From contig NC_135258.1 of NCBI RefSeq assembly GCF_964204865.1, forward strand, positions 19,034,001 through 19,098,000: a stretch of DNA of 64,000 nucleotides. The letters run 5' to 3'. How positions within the stretch are numbered: position 1 is the stretch's first letter; every line of letters begins with the position of its first letter. This document shows, in pieces, positions 38,074 to 62,577 of this stretch. A model generated the notes under the pieces. The model worked only from the letters and a program-made list of their open reading frames with translations, was not told the DNA's origin and did no database searches. This DNA is from Styela clava. Lineage: Eukaryota. The position numbers and the translations under genes were made by a program.

Positions 38074-39838
38074 CGGTCGAGGCACACCACGCATCAACGT
38101 GGATCGAGGAATTGCGCCGATCGAGGGACTAGACAAGGAATGCCGGACTCGGCGTACGAGCGATCCAAAATAAATGACTGATTTTACGACCTTGTGACAA
38201 CCAGACTCAAATTAATATTTAGTTTGCTATTCATCCTCATTACAGGCTGTAACATGTAACAGGCTGAGTCTCGGAGGCTACTTTTATTTGTTGCATGTTT
38301 AAATCTGACTATGTTTGAAGATGTTTGAAATGCGGAGTAGCAAGTGTTTTTTGATATCAATTTGAAGGCGAATTTTTAAAGTTTAAATACAACCCTCCCT
38401 CATTTTGATATTGTACAGCCTTGTGTTCCAGCCTTTTTGGGTCAACCTGTCCTATATGTATGACAGAGAATGGTTCTAATATTAGATAATTGTGCCTCTT
38501 AGTTTGGATGAATGATATATTAATCGTTTCTTCCAGCTTTATCTTTACTCATATTAAGGAACTTTAATGATGAGTTCAATGATTTAGTAAATAAGAATGC
38601 CATGAAAGGCTCAGAAACTTCATGTGAAAATTTAATGTGCCATGACTTTCAATTTTTTTGCAGTAAAATTGGTTTACTGGATTTATTTATTTGGAATTTG
38701 GTGTGGATAGTTTGTTTTTACCGAGTATTGTCTTATGGTCAGTACGATATGGTTTTCCAGAGTCCGTATTTGACCAATTATTAATATCATGCTTCTTGTG
38801 GTGGCAGCAATTTTTTCTGAAATTTTCCGACTGCTTTTTAAAAAAAAAGTGTGCCTAAAATGTTGTATCTGCCATAATATTTTCGTAGTTGGATATTTGT
38901 GAGTTCTGCTCTGTACATGGCAAATTGCACCATCAAAAGTAATACTAATCAGTATTCAAATTTATTTTTAAGCTCATTAAATTAGGTTATCTTTCACACA
39001 TTATTGGTCCTTACTATACTTTTTCGCACCGTGTTATATTGGAATTATGACAAAATGTTTACAAAAATAGTGGATACCCTTGTTTGAATACAATGAATCA
39101 CAGAATATATTGTTATCACATCTATTGTTTAGAAAATACAAATCATAGACACCATATTGTTTCTTAAAATTCTACACCAATAGGATTTCTCAAAATTAAT
39201 TTTATTCTGGTGCCTTCTGTTGTTTAGTGCATTTGTTTGTGACCAATGACATTGTTGCCAATACAATTTCTCTTTTTTTTTAGGCTGAAATTAAGTTTTA
39301 TCCTTCTTGTTTACTAGTTTCACAGTCTTGGAGATTTATCTGCTCTTTTTTGGTAAACGCTTTCTGTGTTAGGATATTTTTAATACATCTGTTATATCAT
39401 GCTTGATAAAGCATGGTCTATGTATGTATCTTTTGTGTAAGGTCTAGCATAATAAAAACCTAATATGACTCTAAATTTATTTTTTTGCTTTTGGTGGTTA
39501 TTTTTTGTTATGTAATTTTGAATTCGAAAAATTTGAAATTTTGGCTAATAGGAGGCTGACCTTTTCCAGCTAATCGACTTTACCTTGCTAATGGATAATT
39601 TTATTCAAATTCTCTGACCCAAAACTGTTGTTTATTCTACCGTCCTTTACTGTTGAGCAATGTACTTATGAAAACTTTGTTGTTCTCATGACAGTGGAAA
39701 TAAAATTCGGAAACCGGATGCCCGAGTGTTTGTGTGTACAGAATGCGGTTGGTTTCTCAGATGACAACTTTATTGTAGAAATAATAGGAGAGAACCAGAC
39801 ACTATTGCAGTAGGCCAATGTTAACTTAATGCTTAATC

Positions 39839-40143
39839 TTTACTACAATACAATCGATCTTGATCGGTAAGTATGTTGATTGATAGGTATTTGTCTGTTT
39901 GGTCTGTTAGATACACGCGATATCTCACGAAAGTTGGTTCACGAAGGTTGAATCTGCTCCAAATTTTGCATGTGCATTCATCATATCATGGACCAGAAGC
40001 GTATTGATTTTGGAGGAATTATGTCGTATAATTAGTGAGTTATTAATTAATTAGTGATGGACACGTGGTGTCGCTATTGAGTCAGAGCGAAGGATACACG
40101 TCGCTAGATCGATCAGTCGGCGGTCTCCGATCGCTATCTCGTT
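39839..40143 (+). mobile_element. Helentron/HINE-like non-autonomous element (second family)
   Basis: TTAC.. start, degenerate TGTC/TGTT microsatellite, GCGATATCTC..AAATTTTGCA core, 3' GATCG hairpin region, ends TCTCGTT; CpG-rich against its flanks. Confidence 0.5.
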
Positions 40144-43100
40144 ATATCCTCTATGCATAGTAGCAACTTAATAATGTGTTATGATGCCAATTTTATTTGC
40201 ATATACAGAAAGATTGGTCAATAATATTTAAATTTTGGAAATAGCAGCTGACATATATATGCTCGAGCAAATATTATAATTCTCAAGAAAAAACTATTAT
40301 CTATTATTCTATCACAATGGGTTAAAATTAAACACCCAGATAAAGAATAAAGATAACAAAGAACATGAAATATTAGAAAAAAAAATTTCACCCTAAAATC
40401 AGCAATCAGTTTTGGGCCACCAATGAACGACTTATTTAGAATATTCAGAGTTACATTTTTGAAATACTTCAACAGCTTTTTTCAAAGTTTTTAATTAAGG
40501 ATGATTAGGTTATATGTAAGATATCACACTCTGATACAAAAAATTTGACTAGCATGTTTTATGGCGCCACCATGTATTACACAATTAGATATTCAAATAA
40601 CTTAACAAAACTTGACAGAGTTATTAAAAATTGTTCCGCTATGAGAAACTCTATGAACCGGAGAAATAAATCATAAAATTGCCGCATATATATAATAGAT
40701 GAATGAATTTTTTGAAATTTAACTTCCCTTTTGCAACATAATTCAATACGAAATAAATAAGAAATATGAACACCATGATTTTATATAAGACAAAGAAAAT
40801 AAGAGGAAAAGCACTGCATCACAAATATGATTCAAAAAAAATTACAGTAAAATATACCCTAACAAAAACTCGAAAACAATACTACACTGAATAATATACT
40901 GACATTTTTATAATTAATTAAAAAACAGACACATCTAAATATTCCAACTCATATTACCAAAAAGTAAATAACTACTTGTGTAGATTCAGTATTTGGGGCA
41001 GGAAAGTTGTTTATAATAAAAAATAAGGCAATAAATGAAAATTAGAAAAAAAATTTTACTGAAGGCCCTCAACCTAATACCATATAGCACATTACCTGCA
41101 AGGAAAAAAAATTTTGTTGCCATAGTAATTTTTGCTAGTTAAACAAAAAATGAAGTACGGAAAAATACTTTGAGATTTCAAATTCTTTTCAGACCTAAAT
41201 TTTTATTTTATTATTGCAATATAATTTTATCTAAACCGATGGCTCATACATAATATTTGATGAGAATATAGAGTTTGATTATGGAATCCTACAACTGAAA
41301 ACTGTGATAAAAATTGTACTCTTTATTGAATTATTATTTTTTTCAATAATGGCACACCTTCCTTCAGAATAAAGCTTATTTATAAGTGAACAACAATCAT
41401 TTGGAAATTTCTTCTGGCTCATTGTTCTGACAACCTAGTGTGACCCTTATCTAGCAATCAATAATTTCACATAAATGGGATTGGTATGTGATTTCTACAG
41501 AAAGAATACGGTGGAATTGAGAAAATATTCAACAAAACAGTGGAATCTCATAAACTGAGTTTGTGTTGAACATAGATTGAATATATATGGAAAATATAGA
41601 ATTTGTAAGGGCATGATAAACAAAGTTCCTATAACAAAATAATAATTGAACAATACAATTGAATATTGCATTAGATATCAAAATCAAACACAGAATTACA
41701 TAGCAACAATAAACATGATTAGTAAGGATATATTAATTATTTTAAATTTATTGAATGGCTTATAAAGCAATATTAAATATGAAGGAATCAATATACTCTT
41801 TAATTTAGGAAGTGAATATCACTGTCCACATTATGGCAAGCATTTTCTATAATAACCAAGTGATGTTGATGTTGGGTGTGATAAAGGCATCCATATGTAA
41901 TCAACATATTTTATAATCTCACAATGATTAGTTATATAAAAGATAAAAAGACGCATAAAGTTGTTGCGAACGAGACTAAACATGCTATCTTGTGTATATT
42001 AAACGTCATGATGTGAAACTTTTTATTCTGTGTTTATATATAGCATACAAAAATAAGAAAAACATCACTGAATCATCATGATTTGTGCATATTACGAGAT
42101 AGCAGATAAGTTGATAACATTATAACTGATTAAAGAAATCAAGAATGGTACGATGCTGGTTAGTTAGACTTATAAAATGACTATATTTGAACAAAGATAA
42201 AAAATTAAGTTCAGAATAAAATGGAAATACAGAAAACACAGAATAAGGCACATAATATGTAGTTATACGTAGTTGCTAAGCGCATTCAGAAAAGATTGCA
42301 CTAAAATTCAAGCAAATTGGATGTGATAGTTAAAAATAGGATCCAAGGGAATTATGAACTTATTTAATTTCATCAGCGCTGCATAAAGACAACAATTCGT
42401 ATGAGTTATTTTGGCTAATTTGGATCTATGAACAAGATTTGTATAATTGTATATACATATTCTATTAAATTACTTTATGCTAATACTGAACAGCGTAGCT
42501 ATAAAATCATAATATATACCAATGATTAAAAGAAACACTTTTCTACAAGCAAAAGGAGCAAAATCAACAAGTAGAGAAGCGAATACTAAGAAAAAGAGTC
42601 ATTATCTATAAAATATCCACAATTACAAAATACACACCAAACCACATAACTTATTATTTCAAACTGCCTGATTATAAATTTACAGCATAATCTTCATGCC
42701 TCAACTGCAAGAACATAGAGTCATGGGCATCAGCGAGAGGAAGTGCATCAATAGGAAGATGAATCTTCATCTGTTTTGCAAACCTATGTCGTGTTACAAC
42801 TTTTTTCCAGACAAATCTTCTGAACTGATCGGCTCTGTATTAAATTGAATGGATGTAATTAAATGATTGTCTATTGAGAATAGAAAAGTAGAAATCATGT
42901 TCCTACAAATGTAAATTATATATATATTTTGAAACTTTATTCATGGCAATGTCCTTCTGTAGCTAAATTAGGATGATAATAATGCTCAATATTTGATTAA
43001 ATAAAAAATTGGACACTGTAGAATCCTAAATCATATTGAGTGCATAAACTAAACCAGGCATTAGTGATCAAAATAAGTGAATTAGTTAATGTGTCAAAAA

Positions 43101-45039
43101 AAATGAATTCAAACCAAAAGACATTCCATAAAAACAAAACCTCTGAATATGGTCACAACTGGTCTATTAAAAAAAAACTGCATGCAATAATACAATCAAA
43201 ATGACACAATTCGAAAAAATAATAGGAAATATGCACAAGATTGCACATGCACGAATGAAGTGGCAAGATATGATTTGATCATGCTTGACCAATATTAAGC
43301 TGAATTTACTACTTAATGTGTTAGTGATAGTAATTCATGAGAATTTGTTAAATTTTACTGTTAACGGAACTATCATCTTTTGAATTTACTAGCTATAGTT
43401 TTATTTTGTCCTTTATATGTTGCGATAATGTATTTTATAATAAGTTGAGCATAAATGGAATACAGATTAGAAAGAGCAACTAAAGTAAATCCCATTTCAT
43501 TTAAAAAGTAGGTCTAAATATCATTTTGCTGAATTGTTTTTTTAAAAACTAGAAAGTGTTTCTTTATAACTACTGAACCACTTGCAAATTTGCATTGAGT
43601 GAAAAAGGGTAATTGTCTTCTAAAAAGTTATAACCGTTATTTGTTGTAACATTTTAAAAACTCGACAGGTTTTAAATAACTAATTCTTTGTTCAAATAAG
43701 GATTTAGGAAAATAAAGAGACAAAGATGATAATTATCAGTTTTGAAGATACAATCTAACCACTGTAAGCACGTGCAATACATGGTCCACTATTGCTTGCT
43801 ATATGTTGTTTTGAATGGACCGCTTGGTCTCAACATTTTATATATATTGGAATGTGGGTATTGTAAATTCTAAAACTTACTATATACAAGGTGCTAATCA
43901 CATATATTGTTATATTGTTTTGCAGAAAAACAACGTCTGCTTAGAAGGTATTGACAATTAATTAATCATAATTCTGACGGAGAACTATATTCTAATGAGA
44001 TTATTAAAAATTCTATTTTAAGTACAACATAAACATTGATATAAAATGATTCAATTTGGAACAGTTATGATATAATCAAATTCTACTAAGAAACTATTAC
44101 TCTACTCTATTACTAATACTTTATAAAAATAAACAAAAAGATGCAACTTAGTATTTAGATAATTTTGTTTTATCAGTCGTTCATCGAATGTTGGAGATTA
44201 TAGCATAATTTTCTTGACATGGTTGGAAATAGATAAACCGAAATGAATCTATAAAGATATTGAAATTAGGGGATGCCAAAATGTTGGAATAAGGAGATTT
44301 GCTGCAACCCATGGTCAAGCTAAATATATGTATGATCTAATATTACAAGATGAATATGGTGATGAAAAATAGTACAGAATGAAAGATTATAACAGAAACG
44401 TGTTTTACTAAACTACTCAATACCTTGAATATATTCATTCATACTTCAGAATGCATACGATAATAAACTGTAGAGAAATGTTAAAGAAAACATAATTAAT
44501 AAACATGATAAGCTCTATACTAATAATGTACTGTAAGAGTCAAAATTACATCCCTGGTTGTAAAAAAATAGTCCAAGAAATAGTCATATAAATCTTGTAT
44601 AGGAAAAGATAACAAAGATGTACATTCTTGAATGAACACTAGTACTTCAAGCTTTTATTGTCTTCTCACCAAAATATCAATATATAGGATGACACAAGAA
44701 AACAAACCATAAATTTCTCGATAATTTCCATGAAATGAAAAGAATATATTCAAAGCTTGAACTTCATTTGTGTATAATAGTACCCAAAGTTTCAGAGCAC
44801 TTCGCACAAAAGTTATGTTCTCTGTAGAATATGTTTCAAATGACCTTGTTTTTTTGTGTCACCATGTAATTTACACAAATTCAAATTAACGCTATTAGTT
44901 CTCATACAAAGAAGTCCATAATAATGAAACAAAAAAATGCGCAACATAAATTGTTGAGAATGTAACATATCTCTGCAATGTTTTTCAATTACAGAAGTGT
45001 ATTGTTTTGAATCATGATGCAAAACGATCCATTGTTCAC

Positions 45040-46290
45040 CTAAGTTCCCGATTCTTGATTTGATGGAAGGTAGATCTCTGCAATCGACTGGTGGTCTATC
45101 GTCGACGGGTGATGTGGATGAAGAAGATGACGAGCTCACTCGACGAAGCTTTTTTTCAGCAAAATCTTCTATTTCCTCTGATGTAATAGTAGAACCACCC
45201 GTCGTTTTGACTAATTTGATTGATCTCGATTCTCTTTCATCTTCTTCTTTTTTAACAGCGCTTGGCTTCACCAACGCTTCAACAGATGATTTACTAACTT
45301 GTGTTTGCTCTTCCCTTACTTTTTTTATCTTCTTCAGTGGAGGAAATGGCTTTTGCTTAGGATTACGAGGTTTAGATATAGACTCTCCTGCAACGTTACT
45401 TTCCTTTGTGTTTTCTTTTTTGATCTTCTTCTCTTGAGAACTATTTTTATCAGGTTTGTCTTCAGTATTGAGATTCTTTTTCGATTTTTCTGTCTTATTT
45501 GTATCTGTTGCAATTGCTTTCTTATCACATTCAACACTGTCAGTTGTATCCTCTCTGCTCAAGTAATTTTTTGTCAATTTCAGATTCAATAGCGGAAGTT
45601 TAATTCCAAATGAACTGATTCTATCATGAGGATCCTGTGGGTCGTTTTCTTCAATTTTAACAGGTTGAAAGACTTCATTCTCAACTTTCATTTTTGCATC
45701 CGACGACTTTGATTTATCTGAATCTTTTGCATCATCTTTCTTGCTACTGGTATTTTCCTTAGCACGTTTTTCTCCCAATTTCTTCAGATTTTCCAGAAAT
45801 TCTGATTTAATTTTAGAATGATCTTTAGGAGTCGCTTTAGCATTCTCTGTCTTGTTATTACTAGGATCGCCACTTTTGGTAGGAATGACTTGAGATTCTT
45901 TTGAAACACCTGTATTATCAACTTCGATTTTCACATATTTCTTACTGCCATTTTCCTCATCAACTTTCCTTCCCATATTCTTTAGACTTCCCAAAATTTC
46001 CAATTTAATTTGAGAATAATCTTTCGGAGTTGCTTCCTCATTCTTTGTCTTGTTATCAATAGAATCACTACTCTTTATAGCAATCATATTAGCTACATTT
46101 TCTGTGGGTGGTTTCGATACTGAATCTGATTTACTTTTTGAAGTAATGTCATCTTGTTTTGAATTATCATTTTTATGGTCCATAGAAACTTCCACGTCTT
46201 CTTGTTTCTTTATTGAATCTATGTCTTCCTTCTTTATTTCATTAATTACAACCACAGAGGCCGCATTCTCCGGATTGATTGCTACTTTCT
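45040..46290 (-). CDS. Large 1251-nt Lys/Glu/Ser-rich low-complexity exon (417 aa), phase-1 symmetric, joining in frame after the YEN exon of the phosphatase locus
   Basis: Acceptor cctaac...tcaacag|AG at 46290, donor G|gtgaac at 45040; open throughout (part of ORF 44813-46255); contains an internal duplicated motif (ATPKDYSQIKLEILGSLK / ATPKDHSKIKSEFLENLK). Confidence 0.7.
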
Positions 46291-48073
46291 CTGTTGATAG
46301 AATTAATTTGAGTGGTTAGGACAAATTTTTCATCTTTTCATCCTTGAAAATATCTTCTTGAATTCTCAGAAAGCAGCTAATTTCAAATACCGGAATGTTT
46401 CATTTCTCTTTTTACATTATGGGTAAGGTGGTGTGGTTGCATTGAACAAAATTGTAACCAACTGAAAATTAATTGAAATCCCAACAGTGAAATTTTCACA
46501 AAGTGATAAGTCATAGCATATATGACATAACACAAATTTACAGGTATTCATATTCAAGTTGTTATTAGGTAAGTTCTGGAGGCTCATGTGACACCAGCCT
46601 GACCTTGAAACTAGGTGACGAGGTCATTCAAAATATATATTTAACGATATATTTATACTTCGAAAAATTGGTTAAAAAGCTTGACAATTAGAGATTCCAA
46701 AATAATAAATTCGGAGCTGTTATTTAAAAAAAAAAGTGGGTAAAAAAAGTAGCTACTTTTTTCTAAGAGTTGAAGTTTCATGGTTGAAATTCCATTTATT
46801 TCAAACAAGTTTTCTAATATTTTCCAAGCAAGCGGAGCAAATTAGAATATTCTGAAGTTAAATGAACTGCAAGGTTCATTTGTATTTCCAATGTGGAAAC
46901 TGTAAAGGGAACATAACCGATGCAAATTTCGCCTGCAAATTTTCTTGGGCCGCTTGTTTTTAAAAAAAAAACTAAATATTTACTATTTTTATTTTCCAGT
47001 AAATTTATTGTTCATTGTATATTTGGTATTGGAGTGTTGCTCAATAGTAACTGTATCTTAGAGACGTATCACTGCGTAAAAACGTGGCAGCATTCATTTA
47101 GATCAGCAAAGTCACACTACCATTACGAAAACTCACTGATGGTAAGTAAACAAGCGTCGCTTTCTCAGTAATTTCTGGGAAAATAAATGTTATATAAATA
47201 TGATTGCTTTATATTATGCATTAATTTTGCGGCCATAAAAGTACTACATGTAGTTTAGTACTTGAACATATCCTGTATAAAATTTATTTTTGAAAAAATT
47301 TGGGTCGCTTGAAAAAAGGGAGAGTATACTTTAAAACTTGAGAATAGTTTTTTTTTTTGAAAAATAATTTTTTGGCATTAAAAAGTTTTAAACTCTAAAT
47401 GAAATGGGTTCATAAGGTGTTCACCTACATCTCATCCATGTACAAGTAGCCAGACAAGTGTATTCATTGAAGCTATGAAATTTATTACGGTACTTTCTGA
47501 GTGATGTACTGAGAAAACCTATGCTTTTTTAACTTGATGATTTGACCTAATAAGCTAAGCATCAGTTCCACAAAACAATTCTCAAGTTTAAGTTTAACAA
47601 TTCTCAAGTTGGTTTAAAAGATGTGTGTTGTATGTGCTTACTTTATGACAGCATGACACTATGTGTTTTTGTTAAAGATACCTGATACAATACTTCCATT
47701 TGAAAATGGTGAAGAGTATTTGATGACTTCAATGAATAAAAACAAATAAAACGAACAAAACGCACGAGACAAAAATTCAGACAAACCTTCACAATTACAC
47801 ACATGTTAATCATATCCATGGATGTATTACAAAGCACCACCATTAGACAGTTTGTGGTGACCCAAGTTTAAAACGCATTATAAACAAAATTGCATTTGAA
47901 TTGACAAGACCATAATGAAAGCTAAGAACGGTTAAACCATTTTTTAGAAATTATGTTCAAAGCAAGGTTATGGCACGCATTATTGATAAATTTGGCTTAG
48001 TTGAGGTAAACCCAATTTAAAATAACTATACTATGATACAACTTAGAGGATGCTAATTTCATCCCTGATGACA

Positions 48074-48270
48074 AAGGTGGTTCAAGTAACCGTTGGTCGG
48101 TTACGGCTTCCTACACCATCAAGTTCATGTACAGTATTTGAAAACAAAATAACTGGCACACTAATCCCATACCCGACATGAACTGGTAACTGTATGAGAT
48201 GCCGTGGTTTGTAATATGATTAAGGCATCTTAAAGGCCTTCCTATTCCCATGGATAAATATGAAAATCCC
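48074..48270 (+). mobile_element. 5'-truncated tRNA-SINE
   Basis: GGTGGTTCA.GTAACCG.TGGTCGGTTACGGCTTCC...GATAAATATGAAAATCC matches the 14034 copy. Confidence 0.75.
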
Positions 48271-48807
48271 AGCTCAAAAACATACATTAAGACTTCAATC
48301 ACACTCACAAAATTGATATTTTGAGAGCACCAATTTAGTTGGCTAGTAAAATGTGAAGTCATAAGATAATGGAGGTATGATGGAGAAATTTATATCTGCA
48401 TAAGTAGTAGAAATGCCACAAACTGAATAAAAGTCGGAGTATGACTAAGTTTCTTTGGCACTAGCATAATTCTTATATGATGTCACAAAGAAATTATGAT
48501 TCACAACAACATCAAATCATTATACCTATCTGACAACTTCATTAGGAGTTCAAAAATCCATGAAAATAGAGGCATATAATGTATTGATAAGCATTACAAT
48601 ATCAAACTACATTCGCCAAATATTATGAACAAACATAGCTTCAATAATATTGTGATGCCATTGTCGAGAGGTTCTGAACATTTTCATTACCCTCTGTTAA
48701 GCAAAGATTGAAATGCGGTAGTTATTTCATCTCGGATAATTAAACTGTCAAAACAACACAAACTAACCCTTAAGTTTCACTTGAAATAAAGACAAAAAAC
48801 ATATGTT

Positions 48808-49404
48808 CAGGGTGTCTCAAAAGTGAGTATACACTTTTAATTTTGGTTTGATTTCAGGTAATAACAAAGCGTTCATTTCTTCAGGAAAACATAGTACGGA
48901 TGAGTAGTAAAATTTAGGTATTGTTTGCATTATTCAACAATCCACAGAATGACAAAGAAATTAACCCGAGAAATGAGGTGAAAATTGCTGTTTGGCAAGA
49001 AGCATATAAATCAGTAAGGCATTCGGCATTTTTACGACAAAGAATTAGGAAATTCTTTAAAAATTCATGAAAACTGAATCTGTAGTTGATGCACAAAGAT
49101 CAGGAAGACCAAGGAGCGGACGCTCTGAGAAAAAACATTCAAAGCTGAAATAATTTTAAATTTTCTGTTAACAAAGCGCTGGAATTGCGTACTGATTTAC
49201 ATGCTTCTTGCCAAACAGCAATTTTGCGCCTCATTTTTGTGGTTAATCTCCTGTCATTCTTTGGGTTGTTGAAAAATGCGAACAATAACTAAATTTAACT
49301 ACCTATCCATACTGAAGAAATTTCCTGAAAAAATGAACGCTCTATGATGAGTACCTAAAAAGCAATCAAAATTAAAAGTGGATACTTACTTTTGAGACAC
49401 CCTG
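48808..49404. mobile_element. Tc1/mariner-derived foldback MITE with transposase remnant
   Basis: TIR CAGGGTGTCTCAAAAGT / ACTTTTGAGACACCCTG with long inverted arms; central + strand 49061-49135 reads KFMKTESVVDAQRSGRPRSGRSE. Confidence 0.85.
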
Positions 49405-49438
49405 TGTAACTAATAACATGTAAAAAAATGAAGAATAC

Positions 49439-59928
<10,490 letters not shown>

Positions 59929-60476
59929 CTGAATATTCACATTTCACATAAATAAAATTTAGTTTATATAAATATATTAAATAATCAGAAGTCCAATTGC
60001 CTTTTCTATTTCAAAAAGTTTTCATTTTGGAATAAACAACACCAAAACAAAGATGCAAGAGTAAAAAGATTGTATATTTGGCCAATCATGGGGCATCAAT
60101 AAAATACAAAAATGAGCTACAGAAGATGTATGGCCAATTTCATATTGATCTCACAAAACCATTGAATTTCTTAATTACTTCTGAAAAAATGTAGTAAATT
60201 TATTTAACACTTAAACTTCTGTTGTGCATGAGTGTACCCCAAAGTTTCAATAACAAATGACGCTTTGCACAAAAGTTATGTTATATCCAGAATATGTCTG
60301 AAATACCTCAGGTTCTGGTTTTTTTTAGGAAAGAGGGCGTCAACCTGTATTAAGGGATGCATTTTGGGATCATTCCAAATATTCTATCTTGCCACATTGT
60401 TCATAATCTTTGATCACTATAACTAAGTACCTACATAATAATTGATAATAAAGTAAACAAGCAAGCTTTTCTAGGT

Positions 60477-62577
60477 CATAGGTTCTCAAAGTGCTCCGTA
60501 CGGAGCCCCAGGGCTCCGCGAGAGAAACCCAGGGGCTCCGCGAGCTATTCGATTACTTTTCAAAATATTGACTTGGCTAATTTTGTAACAGTTCAAAGAA
60601 GCAATAACAGCTTTAATAATATCTGAAACAATATATAGCCTCGAAATATGGCAAAGAGGCGAAATTAAAAAATGAAATTATTTATAATATTGATTCGAGA
60701 TTACTATTAGGATTACTAAAATAAAGGATTACTATTCTAAAATAACATAAAATACGTGATAAACTGCCAACTATAAATAAATTGGAGTCGTATTTTTGCG
60801 ATCTTGGGATTTGTCAAACTTCATTTGTTCTTTTGCACTCGAGATTATTTTTAAGCAAGATAATAATTGATAGTTTAATCGCCGTTTAAAAAATCACAAG
60901 GTCTCGGCAAAATACGAACGATTGAAATTAATTTATTGCATGCGGCTCCGTCGGTGGTTTCAGAATGAAAAAAAGGTACATCGCGCGCACAATTGACTGT
61001 GTTACGATTTCGCAGTTACTACGATGAAACCTAACATAACACCAAATTTTGTGATTTCCAATGCCTATATAAAAGCGTTTTTGATCTGACGTGAGACTGC
61101 TGAAATGAAATTTATAGTGTGATCTTTCATTTTAAGTTTTATTATTTCAGAATATCGTTTTTCAATCAAGAAATTTGAGTTTCGAATTTACCTCTTTATT
61201 AAATTATTTTTAGCGTTTTGTCGCCGATGACTATAATATCATCACGCTAATAACCGAATTGCGTAAGTCATTTTTAGCAGTTTTGATAAAAACGTAAAAA
61301 ACCTCCTAATGATATTGTTATGCCATTGAGAGTCAATAATTTGCCATGGTTCAATTTTTTGATCGTAGCCGGATTTAAGTTAATTTGTATGACGCAGTTA
61401 AGTGACGCCATAAAGGCGCACTGTGACTTAAGCAGAAATGTGTTTATGACTTGGGCACATACGCAATTTTGCAACTTTACTATATGCACCAGTCCTGAAA
61501 ACTAAACATTCCAAAAACGAATGTAATTCTCAGTATCTACAATGTCTAATCCCCAAAATAGCTAATCAGTTTTAATTTCAATATTTTTTATGTTTAAAAA
61601 TATATATTTCATCAATATAAAACGTTCCGCACATCCACCGAAAAAAGACTAAGATTAAATATAAAGAATAAAACAGCAATGCACCCAATATATAAGCCAA
61701 CCAAGGTGAATTGGACTCGGACAGTGAATATCACAAGTGCACGCCTTCCTATACTGTAGTATAAATTCAAATTAATACGCGCTAAGCTAGAATCCGAGAT
61801 GCAAAAACTCGTAAATACTTCGCCGAGGTTATTTTGCCTTCGTGACGTCAAAATAGTCCTGCGGTAACAATGATAATTCATTATGAGGAAACAATTGCAC
61901 AAATGTGCATGTCATACTAAATCTTCATTTTTATGGGTTTCGGAATTCTTAATAAAAAATCTGAGTTAACAGACAGGTGCGCAGCATCACATAAATACCT
62001 ATTTTATAAAAAAAAACTCAAAATCGCCAAAAATGACTTACGCAATTCGGTTATTAGCGTGACGATATGGTAACATGTTTTTCACATTGAACTCATAATT
62101 CCCCACGAGAACAAAAAAGCAATTATCGTCGTCATTGTGAAACAATACATGTACGTGCCGACGGAAATTTTTGATTTAGGGAGAATAAACACCGACGTAA
62201 AGATGTTAAAAACATGCCATGCTGAGGAGAACCATCGGCGAATGTAACAAAATACATTAGCGCACGTTATCAGCGGCTTTGTAAGTCTTCTGAAAATGTC
62301 GAAAGGGTAAAGATTCGGTCCATAATTTATTAATATGTTTATCAAGTGTCAAATTTACAGTTTTAGTATACATAATTTATCTTTGAAATTTAGATTTATT
62401 TATGACTTGTATTAACCCTATTAAAAAAGGTTTAGCATTCAAATTAAGTAAAGTACTTTTAATTTTACTCAGGAATATTAATAGAAAAGTAACAATTTTA
62501 ACATTTCATTTGGGGCTCCGTGAATAATAGTTAATCTTTTCAAGGGCTCCGCAACACCAAAAGTTTGAGAACCCCTG
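60477..62577. mobile_element. 2.1-kb non-autonomous hAT element
   Basis: TIR CATAGGTTCTCAAA / TTTGAGAACCCCTG; GGGCTCCG subterminal repeats at both ends; perfect 8-bp TSD TTCTAGGT (60469-60476, 62578-62585). Confidence 0.9.
61236..62068. mobile_element. MITE nested in the hAT element, ~40-bp TIRs
   Basis: ATATC.TCACGCTAATAACCGAATTGCGTAAGTCATTTTT and its reverse complement at ~62030-62068. Confidence 0.85.

Noticed and set aside
44813-45039. End of the 480-aa ORF
   Set aside because: Composition changes abruptly after the donor at 45040, and the end runs into a small dispersed repeat also present at ~60230-60320.
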